In this document: positions 39,776 through 54,302 of the stretch, piece after piece
How positions within the stretch are numbered: the first letter of the stretch is position 1
How the letters are laid out: each line of letters starts with the position of its first letter
DNA from: Octopus sinensis
Lineage: Eukaryota
Reading direction: 5' to 3'
NCBI RefSeq assembly: GCF_006345805.1
Contig: NC_043000.1
Location: 132,308,001 to 132,372,000 of the forward strand
Length of the DNA: 64,000 bases
The notes under the pieces: model-generated
The model's database searches: none
Seen by the model: only the letters and a program-made list of their open reading frames with translations
What the model was told of the DNA's origin: nothing
Made by a program: the position numbers and the translations under genes

Positions 39776-40956
39776 TGCTAGTGGGAATTCGACGCACTGA
39801 ATGATTCCACCAACTCAATGTTCTAACCTATGGTTAAATAATGACAATAACAACAATGCTAGTAATATAGTTTAGAAACAGAATGGATTGCATTCTAATT
39901 TCAGTTATTGATTTTAATGGATTTCCTCAAAAAATTAACGTCGGTGGTAAAGCTACACAAACCGACGGTGGAATCTTCACCGTCGTTTTGTCTCAAACGA
40001 ATGAAACTGACGAAGGATCTATTTGATTTAATTTTGAATTTGCTGTAAATGAAAACTATGACCGTGTCTTCCGAAGCCATAATGTTGGCAAAACGTAAGT
40101 AGGAGCCAATTCAGCACAGCGTCTCCCTGTGATAATTTATTCAGTATCAATTATGGATGAGAACTACTTGGCGATGCCATACAGAACAATCTAACAAGCG
40201 ACAGTTTATTCAATGTTTATAATACAGGAGTGGCAGCAGAAGTTGCTCAGTGCAATTCTCCCTATAGACCATCTGTAAAGATCTGAATAGACTTATATCA
40301 TATCTATTACAGTTATATCAATCACGTACGCCATTTTTTTTTTTTTTTTCATATAAACGACTTCTTTTCAGGAGTGAAATATATAGACTAATGCATAAAG
40401 AGAAAAGAAAATAGATAAATAAATAAACATAGGAAAACATAAATAAAAAGAACGATAAAAAATGATCTGCCCAGATGGAGCCATGCTATTTCTTTTTCCA
40501 TTTTTGCTCTAATGACTATTTCCAAAATGCCTTGAGCTCCTCTCCGATTTTCTAAAGAGATACCTCAAAGAAATTGTCTGCGAAGAAAAGACCATAGAAT
40601 TTAAAGGGATCTGAAAGATATTTTGATAACAACCATCTGAAATATTCAACACGCAACACAGCTGGACACCATCTCTCACTATGTTTATTCAAATTTTATT
40701 TTTGTTTCTACTATTATGAATTTTATCTGCACTGATAAATGTAAAACCGAAGTTTTCTTTTCGCTTTTGATATTAGGGTTTCGCAGAGTATTTATATAAT
40801 CACATCGCAAGTTTAATATGTTTGCTACGTTGAGACTGAGTGCAAATGTTGGTGAGTTCAGTCTGTGTAACGTGATAATTTTTTCAGTCATGTTCAGTGT
40901 AAAAATATAATTAAGATTTCTCGCTTCAAATGCAATATTACACACACACACACACA

Positions 40957-40987
<31 letters not shown>

Positions 40988-41006
40988 TGTACATGTCTGT
41001 GTGTGC

Positions 41007-41042
<36 letters not shown>

Positions 41043-41119
41043 CATATGTGTGTATATGTGTATATAGATATGTATATGTATATGTGTGTGTGTATATATA
41101 TATATATAATATGTATATG

Positions 41120-41166
<47 letters not shown>

Positions 41167-41193
41167 TTGTATATATATATATATATATGTATT

Positions 41194-41249
<56 letters not shown>

Positions 41250-41276
41250 CATTATGCACACACATATTTGCGTGTC

Positions 41277-41410
41277 TGACTTATTCTTTGTAAGCATAGT
41301 ATTTATTCTATCGGTCTCACTTATTGATCCACTAAGTTACGGGGACACAAACACACCAAAATCGGTTATCAAGCGATAGTGGGGGACAAACACAGACACA
41401 CAAACATATA
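41277..41410 (-). mobile_element. SINE family A fragment running into an expanded micro/minisatellite
   Basis: ACTTATTCTTTGTAAGC...GGGGACAAACACAGAC. Confidence 0.8.
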
Positions 41411-42149
41411 CATACATAAATACATACACTCACACACAAACATATACATACATAAATACATACACTCACACACAAATATATACATACATAAATACACACA
41501 TAGACACGCACACACACACATATATATATGTGTGTGTGTGTGTGTGTGTATGTGTATGCATATATATATAATTTATATAAATGCATACACACACACACAC
41601 ATATATATATGCATATATATGCGTACACATATATACATATACATATATATGTGCATATACATGCATACACATATATGTGCATATACATATATATATATAC
41701 TTACAAACGCACACACGCACACGCACACACAAATGTAGGAGATATTGCACACACTGCATAATAATAATTATTATATTAAGTGGAGAGTTTCTTCACAGGA
41801 CCGCTCTACAAGAGGCCCTATTCACCGATTAGAGTCAAACATGAAAATTGCTTACTTTGCACTCGATCTGAAGCTAACATCTAATGGAACTTATGATCAA
41901 ACGTTTCGGCTTTATTATTCAAAAGTAATGAGGTTTCTTTAAATAGAAGATTTCTAACATGGAGCTATTAACTAAAGACCTACATTCTACAGTTAACTGC
42001 CCACAGAATTTCTTCGTAAGTCTTTATATCTCAGAAAACCAAGCATGTTATCTCAGTGCTCAGTGACCCTTGTATATATATAACGAAATGAAAGTATGCA
42101 CACACACACACACACACATACACACACACACACACACATAAATATACTT

Positions 42150-42192
<43 letters not shown>

Positions 42193-42855
42193 CTTGTATA
42201 TATAAATATACATGCATATATATATATACATATATACATTCATATATACTTACATATATATATATATTTAGTTATTTACATCTATCTATCTATCTATCCA
42301 AATATATATACATATATATACACATATTTATTTATGCTATCTATTTATATGTATATTTATGTGTATATTTATTTATATTACATTGTTTGTCTGATTAAAA
42401 GATGGACTCGTCGAACTCTTATAAAGAGTGGCGTGTCTCGTTGAGACGACAAGAAGGCGTTGGGGGATCATCATCATTTTTGCATCATTATCATCCACCC
42501 CATTAATGTCCGTGTCCAGCCCGCAAAGCTTCCATCTGTGTGATGCTCTTGTGGCAAATTATATGAAATAAAGAAGGCGTTGGGGGTTTCGCGTGTTGGT
42601 AACTGGAAGTTACGCCTGTGAATACCATGTTTTACCCCGCTTCGTTAAAATCATATAACCGCCACTTAGGATATAAAAGTGGTGACAAGATATTCAAAGC
42701 TTGCGTCAGACGTTCGAATTTTTTGGTACGAATCCAAAGAAAAATAATAGTTAACAGCAATATGGCAAGAATAAAATATCGAATATAACAGCAATAGTTG
42801 AAGAAGTCTGAAAGTACTTCAGAGTTGTTCATGCCGGACGTCGTGACGAACTCGA

Positions 42856-44130
42856 TTGGAGAGTTCGTTTATAATCCAGAAGAAGGTACTGCTTTCTGTG
42901 CATGTTTTCGAAGTTACGAAGAAATCTTCAAAGAATAATGTTGCAATTGAACTGCCAAGAAAAAAAGTGCACCTACTTTTAAGAAAGTTATCTCCTGCTG
43001 AACATGAAAAATATTGCAATTATATTCTGCCGAAGAAACCAGGTGAGATTTGTTTCTATGAAACAATTGACATTTTATCGAAAATTTTCAGTGAAGGAAG
43101 TTCCCTGTTCAATACTCGCTGGCAGTGTTTAAATTTGGTAAAAAGAGATTATAAAGATTTCGTCACCTATGCTGGGGTTTTAAGCAAAGGATGTGAAAAT
43201 TTAAGCAAAGGATGTGAAAAAGTAAGCAATAGCTTACCTTGACGACATACTCGTGGTTAGCATGCTGAGCATGTTAAAAAAAGTCTCCGAAAAAATATGG
43301 TAAGAATAAAATATCGAAGGCAGATTATCGACGAAAATGGACATAGACTAGATCCATTAAGGGCGAGTGCAATAAAAAATATGCCTCCTCCGACAAACAT
43401 TACAACGTTACAAGCATTACTACCAGGTATACATACTGAATATGCATGGTTTGAGAGCACCCCTGAATATGTGGAACTGGTCCGACAAGTGCTAAAAAGC
43501 TTTTGAAGAAATTCAAAACATCATAACGTCGGAATTGTCATTATCACATTTTAACCCAAATTTAGAAATAGTAGAGGCATCAGACGCTAGTGAAAGTGGT
43601 ACTGGAACGGTGATTTTACACAAATATGAAGATGGTACGTTCCTTATTACCGACTGAGAGAACTTACTGTCAAATAGAGAAGGAAGCATTAGCCATCGTA
43701 TTTGCGTTAAAGAAATTCCATAAATTTATACATGGAAGGAGATTTCGTTTGTAGACTGACCATCGCCCATTATAGTCAAACTTTGGATAAGAAAGGGTAT
43801 TTCTACACACACAACCAACGGATTGATGCGCTGAGGAATAATCCTACTGAATTATGACTTCAAGATGGAGTATTTGCCATCTAAAAAAATTGGGATATGT
43901 AGATGGCTTGTTGAAGTTAATACCAAAATACAGTGAACCACTAAAAGATAGTGATAGCGATGTTAAGAGCCGAAAGGGAAATAAAAATTATATTGTGCAA
44001 CGTTGTCACATTGGAGGAAATAAAAATTAAGACAGAGACGGACGAGTTTATCATGAAAACGAAAAATATAGTGAGATCGAAAGAAACAAAAAAAAAACGT
44101 GTTGCTGGACGTAACAGTTTCGAGGGTGAC
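42856..44130 (+). mobile_element. Internally deleted Ty3/Gypsy LTR retrotransposon (gag, RT end, RNase H)
   Basis: KKVHLLLRKLSPAEHEKYCNYILPKKP (gag), AYLDDILV (~43232), SDASESG, YCQIEKEALAIVFALKKFHKYLHGRRF, TDHRPL; 42400-42850 may be LTR/leader. Confidence 0.88.
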
Positions 44131-44132
44131 AG

Positions 44133-45283
44133 AAAGGATTTGCACAATAGTGTCTGATAGAACAACTCGGGACCTTCGTCTTGAAGACCTCAAAACAACG
44201 CTTATTGAAAGACAATATCCATCCCTCACTCATCGACGAGGGAATTAAACGTGCCAAACAATTAGACACAAAAACACTAAAAACAACAAAACACAACACC
44301 ACACCTCAACTCAAAACATTACTATTAGGCTTTCAACATTATTGTGCAAACTCTTCCTTTACTAACTAGAGGTCCAAAAATGAACGACATCCTGAAAACA
44401 CACAAACTCATCAAATGCAAAAAACAAGACGGTTGAAAAATCGCTAAAGAGACTACTACTAAGGAAATGCGAAGCTTTACAAAACAACCTCGAAACCAAC
44501 GGTTGAAAAATGCGGACGCCCAAACTGTGGGACCTGCCCCAACCTACTTGAAGGCTCGGATTTCCTTTTCAAAGAAGGACAGATGTTTACAATTAAAACT
44601 AGTTTCACTTATGCCTCTAAGAACCTAATTTATATAATAACCGGCTCGGGTTGCGGACACAACTATATTGGACAAACGAGTATGACCTTGAGAAAGAGAA
44701 CCACTCTACATAAAGAGCAAATCTGTTTCCCACAATACAGGTAAATTCCTCTCAGTGAACATATAGAAAAATGTGCAGATAACATCAAACCAAATTTCAC
44801 AGTCTTCCCCTTCTACCAGTGCAAAGACACAATCTCTCCACAAGAACGTTTAAATAAAGAAACTTTTTTCATTGAAAAATATACAACACATCTTAATATG
44901 CACGCATAACCAACTTTTATCCTTTTACATATTTCAATTCATGATTACATCACTGTACATAAACCCTCTCACTAAACAAGGTTTTCAAAACTTGTCTTTG
45001 TCTGTACATATATATTCCCCTCCCATAACCGAAAGCTGAACAGTTATCTCCCTTACCCACAACAATAGCAATAATAACGATAACCAATTACCCCTCTTTA
45101 TTTATCTACTTGTGAAGTCATTCACTCGTGAATTTCATCACACACAACATGGACAAAATTTCTTAAGGAAAAATACATATTCAAATAAGTAAAACATAAT
45201 ATCATGAATAGCGATAGCGAAACCGGTCGATATCTTAAAAATTATATTAAAACTATGTAAGTGTGCGTATTTTCTTTTTTTAA

Positions 45284-45289
<6 letters not shown>
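44133..45289 (+). mobile_element. Penelope-like element 3' fragment (RT end, GIY-YIG endonuclease, pseudo-LTR)
   Basis: RICTIVSDRTTRDLRL, KCGRPNCGTC, NLIYIITGSGCGHNYIGQTSMTLRKR...H, RLNKETFFIEKY..HLN; ends in (TA)n. Confidence 0.9.
45199..45233 (+). ncRNA. Decayed minimal hammerhead ribozyme in the Penelope pseudo-LTR
   Basis: AUAUC-augaaua-GC(GAUA)GC-GAAA-CCGGUC-GAUAU; core differs from CUGAAGA at two positions. Confidence 0.5.
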
Positions 45290-45322
<33 letters not shown>

Positions 45323-47477
45323 GTATGTGTATGCGATATGCTATATATTATGATATATAAGCAGAAATGCAAACATGCACAGGCACATTGTTGCTCTCCC
45401 AAATATTTGTCCATGTTTGTATGAATAGATAGTCTTTCAAGAAATCCTGCCTTTATTATTAGCTATTTATAAATGTGTGTGTGATTTCGGATGAATTACA
45501 AGTGATCGGGGTTGGTAATGTTTTAAAATGTCGGTGGCTTGTATCACGAGACCAGTAGTTATTCTATCTGCTTGGTAAATACACTTAACCCGAGATCATT
45601 TTGTTGTAAATCGGTACCATGTGAAGTACAGTTCATTGATATATGTAACGTGTGTCCTATGTAACTGACTATGGAATCACTTGTTAATCACATGATTCCT
45701 CAGCGGAGCTGGAATTCTATCACGATGCTGCTGTTTATTCCAATCAAGCAAATGTATGGATTAAAGCAAACCGGCCATAACTATCATAATTTTTTGAAAA
45801 TCTAGCATTACATTCGACCGCGTAAAAGAGATTCGACCGCGTAAAAGTTCCCTCGTTGACTTGATTTCTGTGATATGGAAAGACGTCGAAACGTAACCTC
45901 CATTTTCCTTTCCTCAATGATGATAATGGAGTTTAAAATTTTAATGAAAAGTGGAGCACGCGGCAAGAGAACTAATTGTTATTTTTTCGATATCTTTTGC
46001 TTCTGAATTTCAATTTTATCCTGATTTATTTAAAACAATGAGCTCTAACATTGGTCCAAGACCACATATTTATAGGAGAGTGAATACAGTTGGTTCTATC
46101 CACTCCCAATATTTCGATGAAAAAAAGACAAAAATCAAGTTCGACAGGATTTGAATTCAGAAAGAAAAATGATGAACCTAAACCCCACAATAATTTTGTC
46201 ATAAACATTCTATCTGGAATCTACTACATCTACTAATTCTAAATCTAAAACCAATTCTGGTACAACAAAATAAAAATCCCACTTTCTTAAAAGGGTCTTA
46301 AATAATGAAAAATAAATCACAAAACAAAAAAGATAACCACTTTGGCCATTACTGCGAAGAGTATGAATCACCGTTGAAGTCACAATAAGACCGAAAATGT
46401 CTGAAGTTGTCTCCCGTACTTGCAGCAAAAAATTAAAATATCAATCCTTGACTAATATTACTTTCTCTCACTGTACAATTATTTATTTTAAAGGTTTTTT
46501 GATGTTCTTGCAATAAATATGTAAACATAAACTTTATTAGTATAAAATGTTTTTTAGATTATTAAAAAGAGGGTCATTTGAGTAGACTAGGTCCCAGATT
46601 TACTTTACATCAATTACATCAGTAATAATACCACTATGAAAACATGGACACAACAATTTGCAACCCGCCTTTCTTAAAACACAGGGGTTTCGCGTTTAGT
46701 TGGAAATAAATATATTTAGCTGTTGAAATGAGCCCGAATAAATAAGAAGCGTTGTACTGATACGGTGCGGTACGCAACATAGTTTTCATTATTCATTTTA
46801 ACTTACACCACTAATGTCCTTTTAAAATGAACATTTTCACATTTTAATACCCTTCCTATATAAACCTAACGCTTAGTGCTTTGTCAAAATGAAAATAAAC
46901 AAATAATTGAATAAACCCTAACATAACTCATTGCTGAAATAGATCCATAATAGTGGAAAATTTATACTTTCGCTTTATTATTGTCGAGGAAACGACAAGC
47001 TTGTAGCAATGTCTCCTTAAATATTCATTAAATTTCGGAGAAACTGCCATTGTTGCAAAACAGTTGACACGGTTTTATTCTGGAGAAGTGCTGTAAGCCA
47101 CATGTTTATACAATTTAAATAGATAGTCAAAGAGATAAGAAAAGATTACAAAAAAATTACATAAAAATGCCTACCTCATTTTTTAATGACAAAATAATGA
47201 AAATAAATCAGACTGTAGTAAAACAAGCAAACTTACTTTCTTAAGTAAAAATAAAAGCAGTAAAGACAAAGAATTGACCTCCTCACGAGGAAAATAAACG
47301 TTTGACCGAGAACAGCAGCAGTGTTCTAATTATTCTTAATTAAAGAAAAGTAACAAGAAAACAACGTTTATGATGCCATGTTTGTTCAAGTAAGAATTCT
47401 CGTTTTCTTCTTTAGCAAGTTCGTTTGCTGTTAGATTTTGCTTTATTTTATTATTATTATATTAATATAAACACGAG

Positions 47478-47640
47478 AGAGTCTGTACGTGGTTGCTCGA
47501 TCTCCTAGAAATAGCAGCTAAATCTTTCTCAAATCGCGCCCTGCTTTCCTATGAAGGGAACATTGGATAAAGACACACTCGATAAAAGTGTCCTAGATGC
47601 ATATTCTCCGAAAGAAAAAAATACGATCTGGGACTAAACA
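47478..47640. repeat. Ancient interspersed repeat E (also near 24440-24660, 30370-30470, 34165-34350, 48240-48420, 59585-59790)
   Basis: Recurring motifs CTAGAAATAGCAGC.AAATCT..CTCAAATC and GATCATAG..CTG.T.GATCAG..CTGACCTGGGG.TAAA. Confidence 0.55.
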
Positions 47641-47754
47641 AAAACAACAGCAGCAACAACAATTCTCTAGCATTGACATTATATAAAATAGAACCCAACT
47701 GAAGGAAAATGGTTTATGGCTTCAATCTATGCCACTAGTTTACATAACAAATAT

Positions 47755-47952
47755 TGGTTTCAAATTTTCGCACAAGGCCAGCAATTTTGGTGAGGGGGTA
47801 AGTCGATTACATTGACTCCAGTGTTCAACTGGTACTTACTTTAGTGACCCTGAAAGGATGAAAGGTAAAGTCAATCCCGGCAGAATTTGAACGGATGAAA
47901 TGCCGCTAAGCATTTTGCCCGGTGTGTTAATGATTCTGCCAGCTCGCCGCTT
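47755..47952 (-). mobile_element. SINE family B, short-tail form with internal deletion
   Basis: Consensus match. Confidence 0.8.
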
Positions 47953-48732
47953 AACACAACATCAGATATTAATTTCTAACATTGTCACAGCCTAAACAAT
48001 TTGGACTTCAATTTATTTATTACTGGCCGTGCACATTAAACTCGTCCTTTTTACCTCACCAGATTTTTTATCTTTGACCCCAAATCATTATATTACTGGT
48101 GCTTATTTAATCGATATTGGAATATTGGGGTACAAAGTTAACAAAGCAAGATTTGAATGTAGTACACTGAATGACCGAACAGGAAGACTTAATGAAATAT
48201 TAATGCAATCCTTCGTGTTGTGTTTAGCTCTTCAGCACCAGGTTAGCCCTTTCAAGCAGACCTACCATCAAAGTCGCTCCAGCAGTGACTAACACTAATT
48301 AAGATATTCATTTTCAGATACAGTGTATCTAAGACTACACTGTGCAAATGTTTTGTCCTTTTTTAAGATGGCCGTGAGTGATTTGCAGGAGATTTGGCCG
48401 CTACCTTTAGCAAGTCAAGCGTTGTAATTTCAAATATCAGAGACTTATTTCACACTTCAGAACTTGTCGGTTAACGAAGACTCCCCATCCAACCATTGGA
48501 AAAAATGGTGAACATGCTCTAATGCAGACTAGCATGAATATGTATGGGACTTTTATGATCTCAGACAATTGTAATGCTAGTAATTAATGTTATAAAATAA
48601 GACAGAGAGTCAAAATCCATTGATAGGGTCACAAATGCAGCGGCGAAAAAGCTTTCTGGAATAAATAGATAAATAAATGAGTAGAAATTGAACCGGTGAG
48701 TGTGTTATATTAAGGCACTGTGACTCTCCCCA

Positions 48733-49118
48733 GACTTGTTTTAGTTTTTAGACTGCGGTCATGCTGGGGTACTGCCTTTAAGGGTTTTTAGTCGAACAAA
48801 TCAATCTCAGGACTTGTTTTTTTGAAGCCTAGTACTTATTCTATCGATCTATTTTGCGGAACCGCTAAGTTATGGGGACGAAAACATACCAACACCGGTT
48901 GACTAGAGGTGTTGGTGAACAATGACACACACATAAATGCACACACACACACATGTATGTATGTATGTATACGACGGGCTTTCAGTTCCTGCCTGCCTAC
49001 CAAATCAACTAATAAGGCTTTGGTTGGACTGAGGCTCACATTGAAGACAATACCCCAAGGTACCATGCAGTGGGACTGAACCGGAAACCATGTGGTTGGG
49101 AACGACAGAGTCACGCCT
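48733..49118 (-). mobile_element. SINE family A variant, diverged
   Basis: Consensus match. Confidence 0.8.
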
Positions 49119-50286
49119 ATCCTGTTTTACATTACCCGTACAATTAAAAATAGCGCGCCGAGATGACATGCCAAGCATTAGTAATTCGCGAGTAAAACAA
49201 AAAATTTCGTATTCAACAACATGAAATATAACAAAAAGATGTCATTCTTTATCCTTCTGACAGACAGATCATAATCATTCAAATAGGCATAATCATTCTT
49301 TATCTTCTTGATTATTATAATTGTAGTTGAGTAATAATGTGATATGTCACCCAGTCCCCCATTATTTACAATTTCCATACTTGTGTTATCATCATTCCTG
49401 ATGTTATCGCCATGAGCTGTATGAGCTGTTGGTGTGTGTGTGTGAGAGAGAGAGAGAGGGAGAGAGAGAGAGAGAGACAGACAGACAGAGACAGGCAAAC
49501 AGACAGACAAATAGAGACAGAGAGCCAACGGTATGGCCAAGGATCTGCAGTTTTCATCAGTGTTATCTTGATTTTTGAATCCAGGAGTTCGTGATAAATG
49601 ACTTGTTGAAACTGTAACTCATCTCCCCGCTGCAAACTGCATTAGGATGTAGTGGTAAAAGAACAGTACTACAATAACTAACGCTATTTCAACTAATGGG
49701 TCATATTTCAGCAGTCGAACATACTTTTACTGTCTACTAACAATGTTGGAGGATTAAGGAAAAGAATTATTCGGACCTTCCAGGGTTAAACAACGGGAGA
49801 CCTTAAACATTACGCTATGCTGGAATTGCATGCTTAATGTTCAAAACGACAATGATTCATTGAAAGAAATGAGAGAATTAAATGAGAGAATTAAAGTGGT
49901 GGGCGACAGGCGTGAGTGATCCGCTGCAATTTCGTCGGATGTTCAATACTTCCTCGATAAAACGATCAGCAAGCCGCCAACTACTTTCTCTTATAAGAAC
50001 TAAGCCACACAGTAACATTTAACTCAGTAAACATATTCGGAAGTGCAGTTAAAGCAGACCGTGATATGGAAAGAGGAGGATTCGATCGAGGCCAAGTTGG
50101 AAGGTGATTTCTAGACCAAGGGTGCTCAATCATTCATTATCTATGAATCACTTTGAAAGCTAGTTTATTCTGTTGGACCCCATAGTCACTCAATGTGATG
50201 TTTAAAAACTAGTTTTATAGAAATTTCTTTCAAACACCCTATTTTGTTTTCACACATTAACTTGTGTAGGTTGAACTATGTAAAAT

Positions 50287-50681
50287 AGGTGCAGGAATGG
50301 CTGTGGTAAGTAGCTTGCTTACGAACCACATGGTTCCAGGTTCAGTCCCACTGCGTGGCACCTTGGATAAGTGTCTTCTACTATAGCCTCGGGCCGACCA
50401 AAGCCTTGTGAGTGAATTTGGTAGACGGAAACTGAAAGAAGCCCGTCGTATATATGTATGTTTATGTGTGTGTATGTTTGTGTGTCTTAGTCCCCCCAAC
50501 ATCACATGACAACAGATGCTGGTGTGTTTACGTCCCCGTAACCTAGCGGTTTGGGAAAAGAGACCGATAGAACAAGTACTAGGGTTACAATGAATAAGTC
50601 CTGGGGTCGATTTGCTCGACTAAAAGGCGGTGCTCCAGCATGGTCACAGTCAAATGACTGGAACAAGTAAAAGGGTAAAGT
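50287..50681 (+). mobile_element. SINE family A
   Basis: Consensus match. Confidence 0.92.
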
Positions 50682-51292
50682 AGACTAGCTGTTTCTTGCA
50701 ATACGTACCAATACATACATCAAAAGCAAAATATTTTCTGGGGCCTTTAGAGTATCATTGTGGATCCCCCAATTTGCTATTTTGTTGTGTATTCCCGCCC
50801 AATCTAATATGGCCCCTCCGAGGCTATATGAACCCCGATTGAAAACTATTGTTTAAGACGAAGGGACAAATGTTACAACGGAAACGAAAGCAGTCACAGG
50901 TTTTTGATTATGTGTGTTGTGACCCCGTCTGAAGTAGGGGTGACGGTGTTTAAGAAAGAGGTAAATAGTGTGGAGATGCCAGGCAGTGGATTACAAGGAT
51001 ACTGGGTGTCCTTCATAATAAAGAATACTGCTGAAGGCCCAGTCTCAAACAGAAGTGACAGATATCTTTGTAATGCACATTGATGTACGACAGACGTTTG
51101 TCAATTCAGAAACATCTGTAGACATTTATCTAACTTTAAAGTTTTTCTTCAGTCTACGTAAGTAATTTTGTTAGACTTTAGCCTGTGTACGTCGAATATT
51201 GACAGAGTGTGTGAATACGCACGCATATATGAACTCATAAATATATAATATACATACACACGTGCACATACATACATACATACATACATACA

Positions 51293-51323
<31 letters not shown>

Positions 51324-51406
51324 GTGTGTGTGTGTATGTGTATATATATCTATAAATAGATTGATAGATATAAATATAGATAGATATAAGTATGCATCAA
51401 TGTATG

Positions 51407-51444
<38 letters not shown>

Positions 51445-51658
51445 ATGTATATATATATATGTATATATATATGTATGTATGTATGTATATATATATATAT
51501 ATATATACACATACATAAACACACACACAGACACACACACACTAACACACACATATATTTTCATTGTCTCCAGACAAAACCTTTTAGTAGTGATTGATTT
51601 TCTTTTGATAAGCCTTCACATATTATGTATATGTGCGTGCCCATACACGCATACACGT

Positions 51659-51689
<31 letters not shown>

Positions 51690-51918
51690 CATACATACAT
51701 ACAACACACATAAACCCACATATATCTTTACATAGCGTATGTGCGCATTCGCGCACGCATGTGTGTGTTCGTGTACATCTTAGTGTGTTTGTGTGTGTGT
51801 GTTTGTGTTTGTTTGCAAGCCCAATCAAGATATATTTCCACTAATTCATATAGACACATAAGAAAACGCAAAACAGAGATGAATTCACGACGTACATACC
51901 CACCTATATAAACAGACA

Positions 51919-51997
<79 letters not shown>

Positions 51998-52146
51998 TAT
52001 GTCTGCAATTATGCGTTTGTATTTGTGTATCGTGCGAGAAAATAATGTCGTTTGTGATTATTCGTTCCAGCTTGTGCTGTACTTTTAAGTTGTCTTAGGA
52101 ATTCCAAACTTCAGGTAGACATAGATACAATTCTCCCACGCTTTAT

Positions 52147-52222
52147 ACCTACCTACCTACATACATACATACATACATACATACATACATACATACATAC
52201 ATACATACATACATACATGCAT

Positions 52223-52253
<31 letters not shown>

Positions 52254-52361
52254 TACATACATACATACATACATAGATACATACATAGATACATACATAC
52301 ACACACACATACATACATACATACATAGATACATACATAGATACATACATACATACACACC

Positions 52362-52394
<33 letters not shown>

Positions 52395-52605
52395 CACACA
52401 TACATACATATATACACACATACATACACATACATACATACATACATACACATACATACATACATACATACACACACACATACATACATACACACACACA
52501 TACATACACACACACATACATACATACATACACACATACACATACATACATACATACATACATACATACATACATACATACATACATAGACAGACAGACA
52601 GACAT
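52147..52605. repeat. (CATA)n/(CA)n compound microsatellite
   Basis: Directly visible. Confidence 0.97.
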
Positions 52606-52901
52606 ATAATGCATGCATACCTACGTGCATACACACATAGATGCTAGTGTTAAATTGCTTACACACACATAGACACATCACCAGACATTTATTTACTTAG
52701 TATATGTCTGTTATGTGAAAATTTCGATCCACGCACATACGCAAATATTAACCGGCTGGCTGTCTGCCTGCCTGCCTACCTACCTATCTACCTACCATAT
52801 GTCTGTCTACCTGTCTGTCTGTCTGTCGGACTGTCTGTCTGCCTCCCACACCTTCCTGCCTGTCAGTCCGTCTGTCACTCATTCACTCACACACTCATTC
52901 A

Positions 52902-53457
<556 letters not shown>

Positions 53458-53619
53458 TAGGCTTTATAAGTGTCGTTGTTCGAAACTCTAACACTTAGAA
53501 TCGCTTATGTAGCTGCACAACTACATAAGTAAAGATGCACACACGCACGTATATAGATACTCATGCATATATAGATGCACACACATTCACACACACACAC
53601 ACACACATGTTTGCGTATA

Positions 53620-53654
<35 letters not shown>

Positions 53655-53896
53655 GTAGGCGCGCACACACATACCTGTATATGTTTTTATTTATGTGCGT
53701 GTACGTGCAAGCGTGTGTGTAGATCTCATATTTTAGTTGATAAAATTTACAAAGTCATAAAACCATGACAGTTCCTTTGTGAGAGACAATTTTATATCAT
53801 AAAGAATATAAACTTTGTAAATATGTTTGAGTACTTATTATTGATGTAACAATATCTGTATCTAACAGGATAAGCGTGTGCGTGTGTGTGTATATA

Positions 53897-54302
53897 TCTC
53901 TTTTACTCTCTTTTACTTGTTTCAGCCATTTGACTGCGGCCATACTGGAGCACCGCCTTTAATCGAGCAACTCGACCCCGGGACGTATTCTTTTGTAAGC
54001 CCAGTACTTATTCTATCGGTCTCTTTCCCGAACCGCTAAGTAACGGGGACATAAACACACCAGCATCGGTTGTCAAGCAATGCTAGGGGGACAAACAAAG
54101 ACACACAAACACAGACGCACATATATATACATTTACATATATACGACGGGCTTCTTTCAGTTTCCGTCTACCAAATCCACTCACAAGGCTTTGGTCAGCC
54201 CGAGACTATAGTAGAAGACACTTGCCCAAGGTGCCACGCAGTGGGACTGAACCCGGAACCATGTGGTTGGTAAACAAGCTACTTACCACACAGCCACTCC
54301 TG
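53897..54302 (-). mobile_element. SINE family A with fold-back at its 5' end
   Basis: Consensus match; head followed by an inverted 14-bp copy. Confidence 0.92.

Noticed and set aside
45400-47470. Unique AT-rich stretches (also 35550-36290 and 39850-40930) as host exons
   Set aside because: No ORF with paired splice sites or recognisable protein similarity; UTR or short exons cannot be excluded without RNA data
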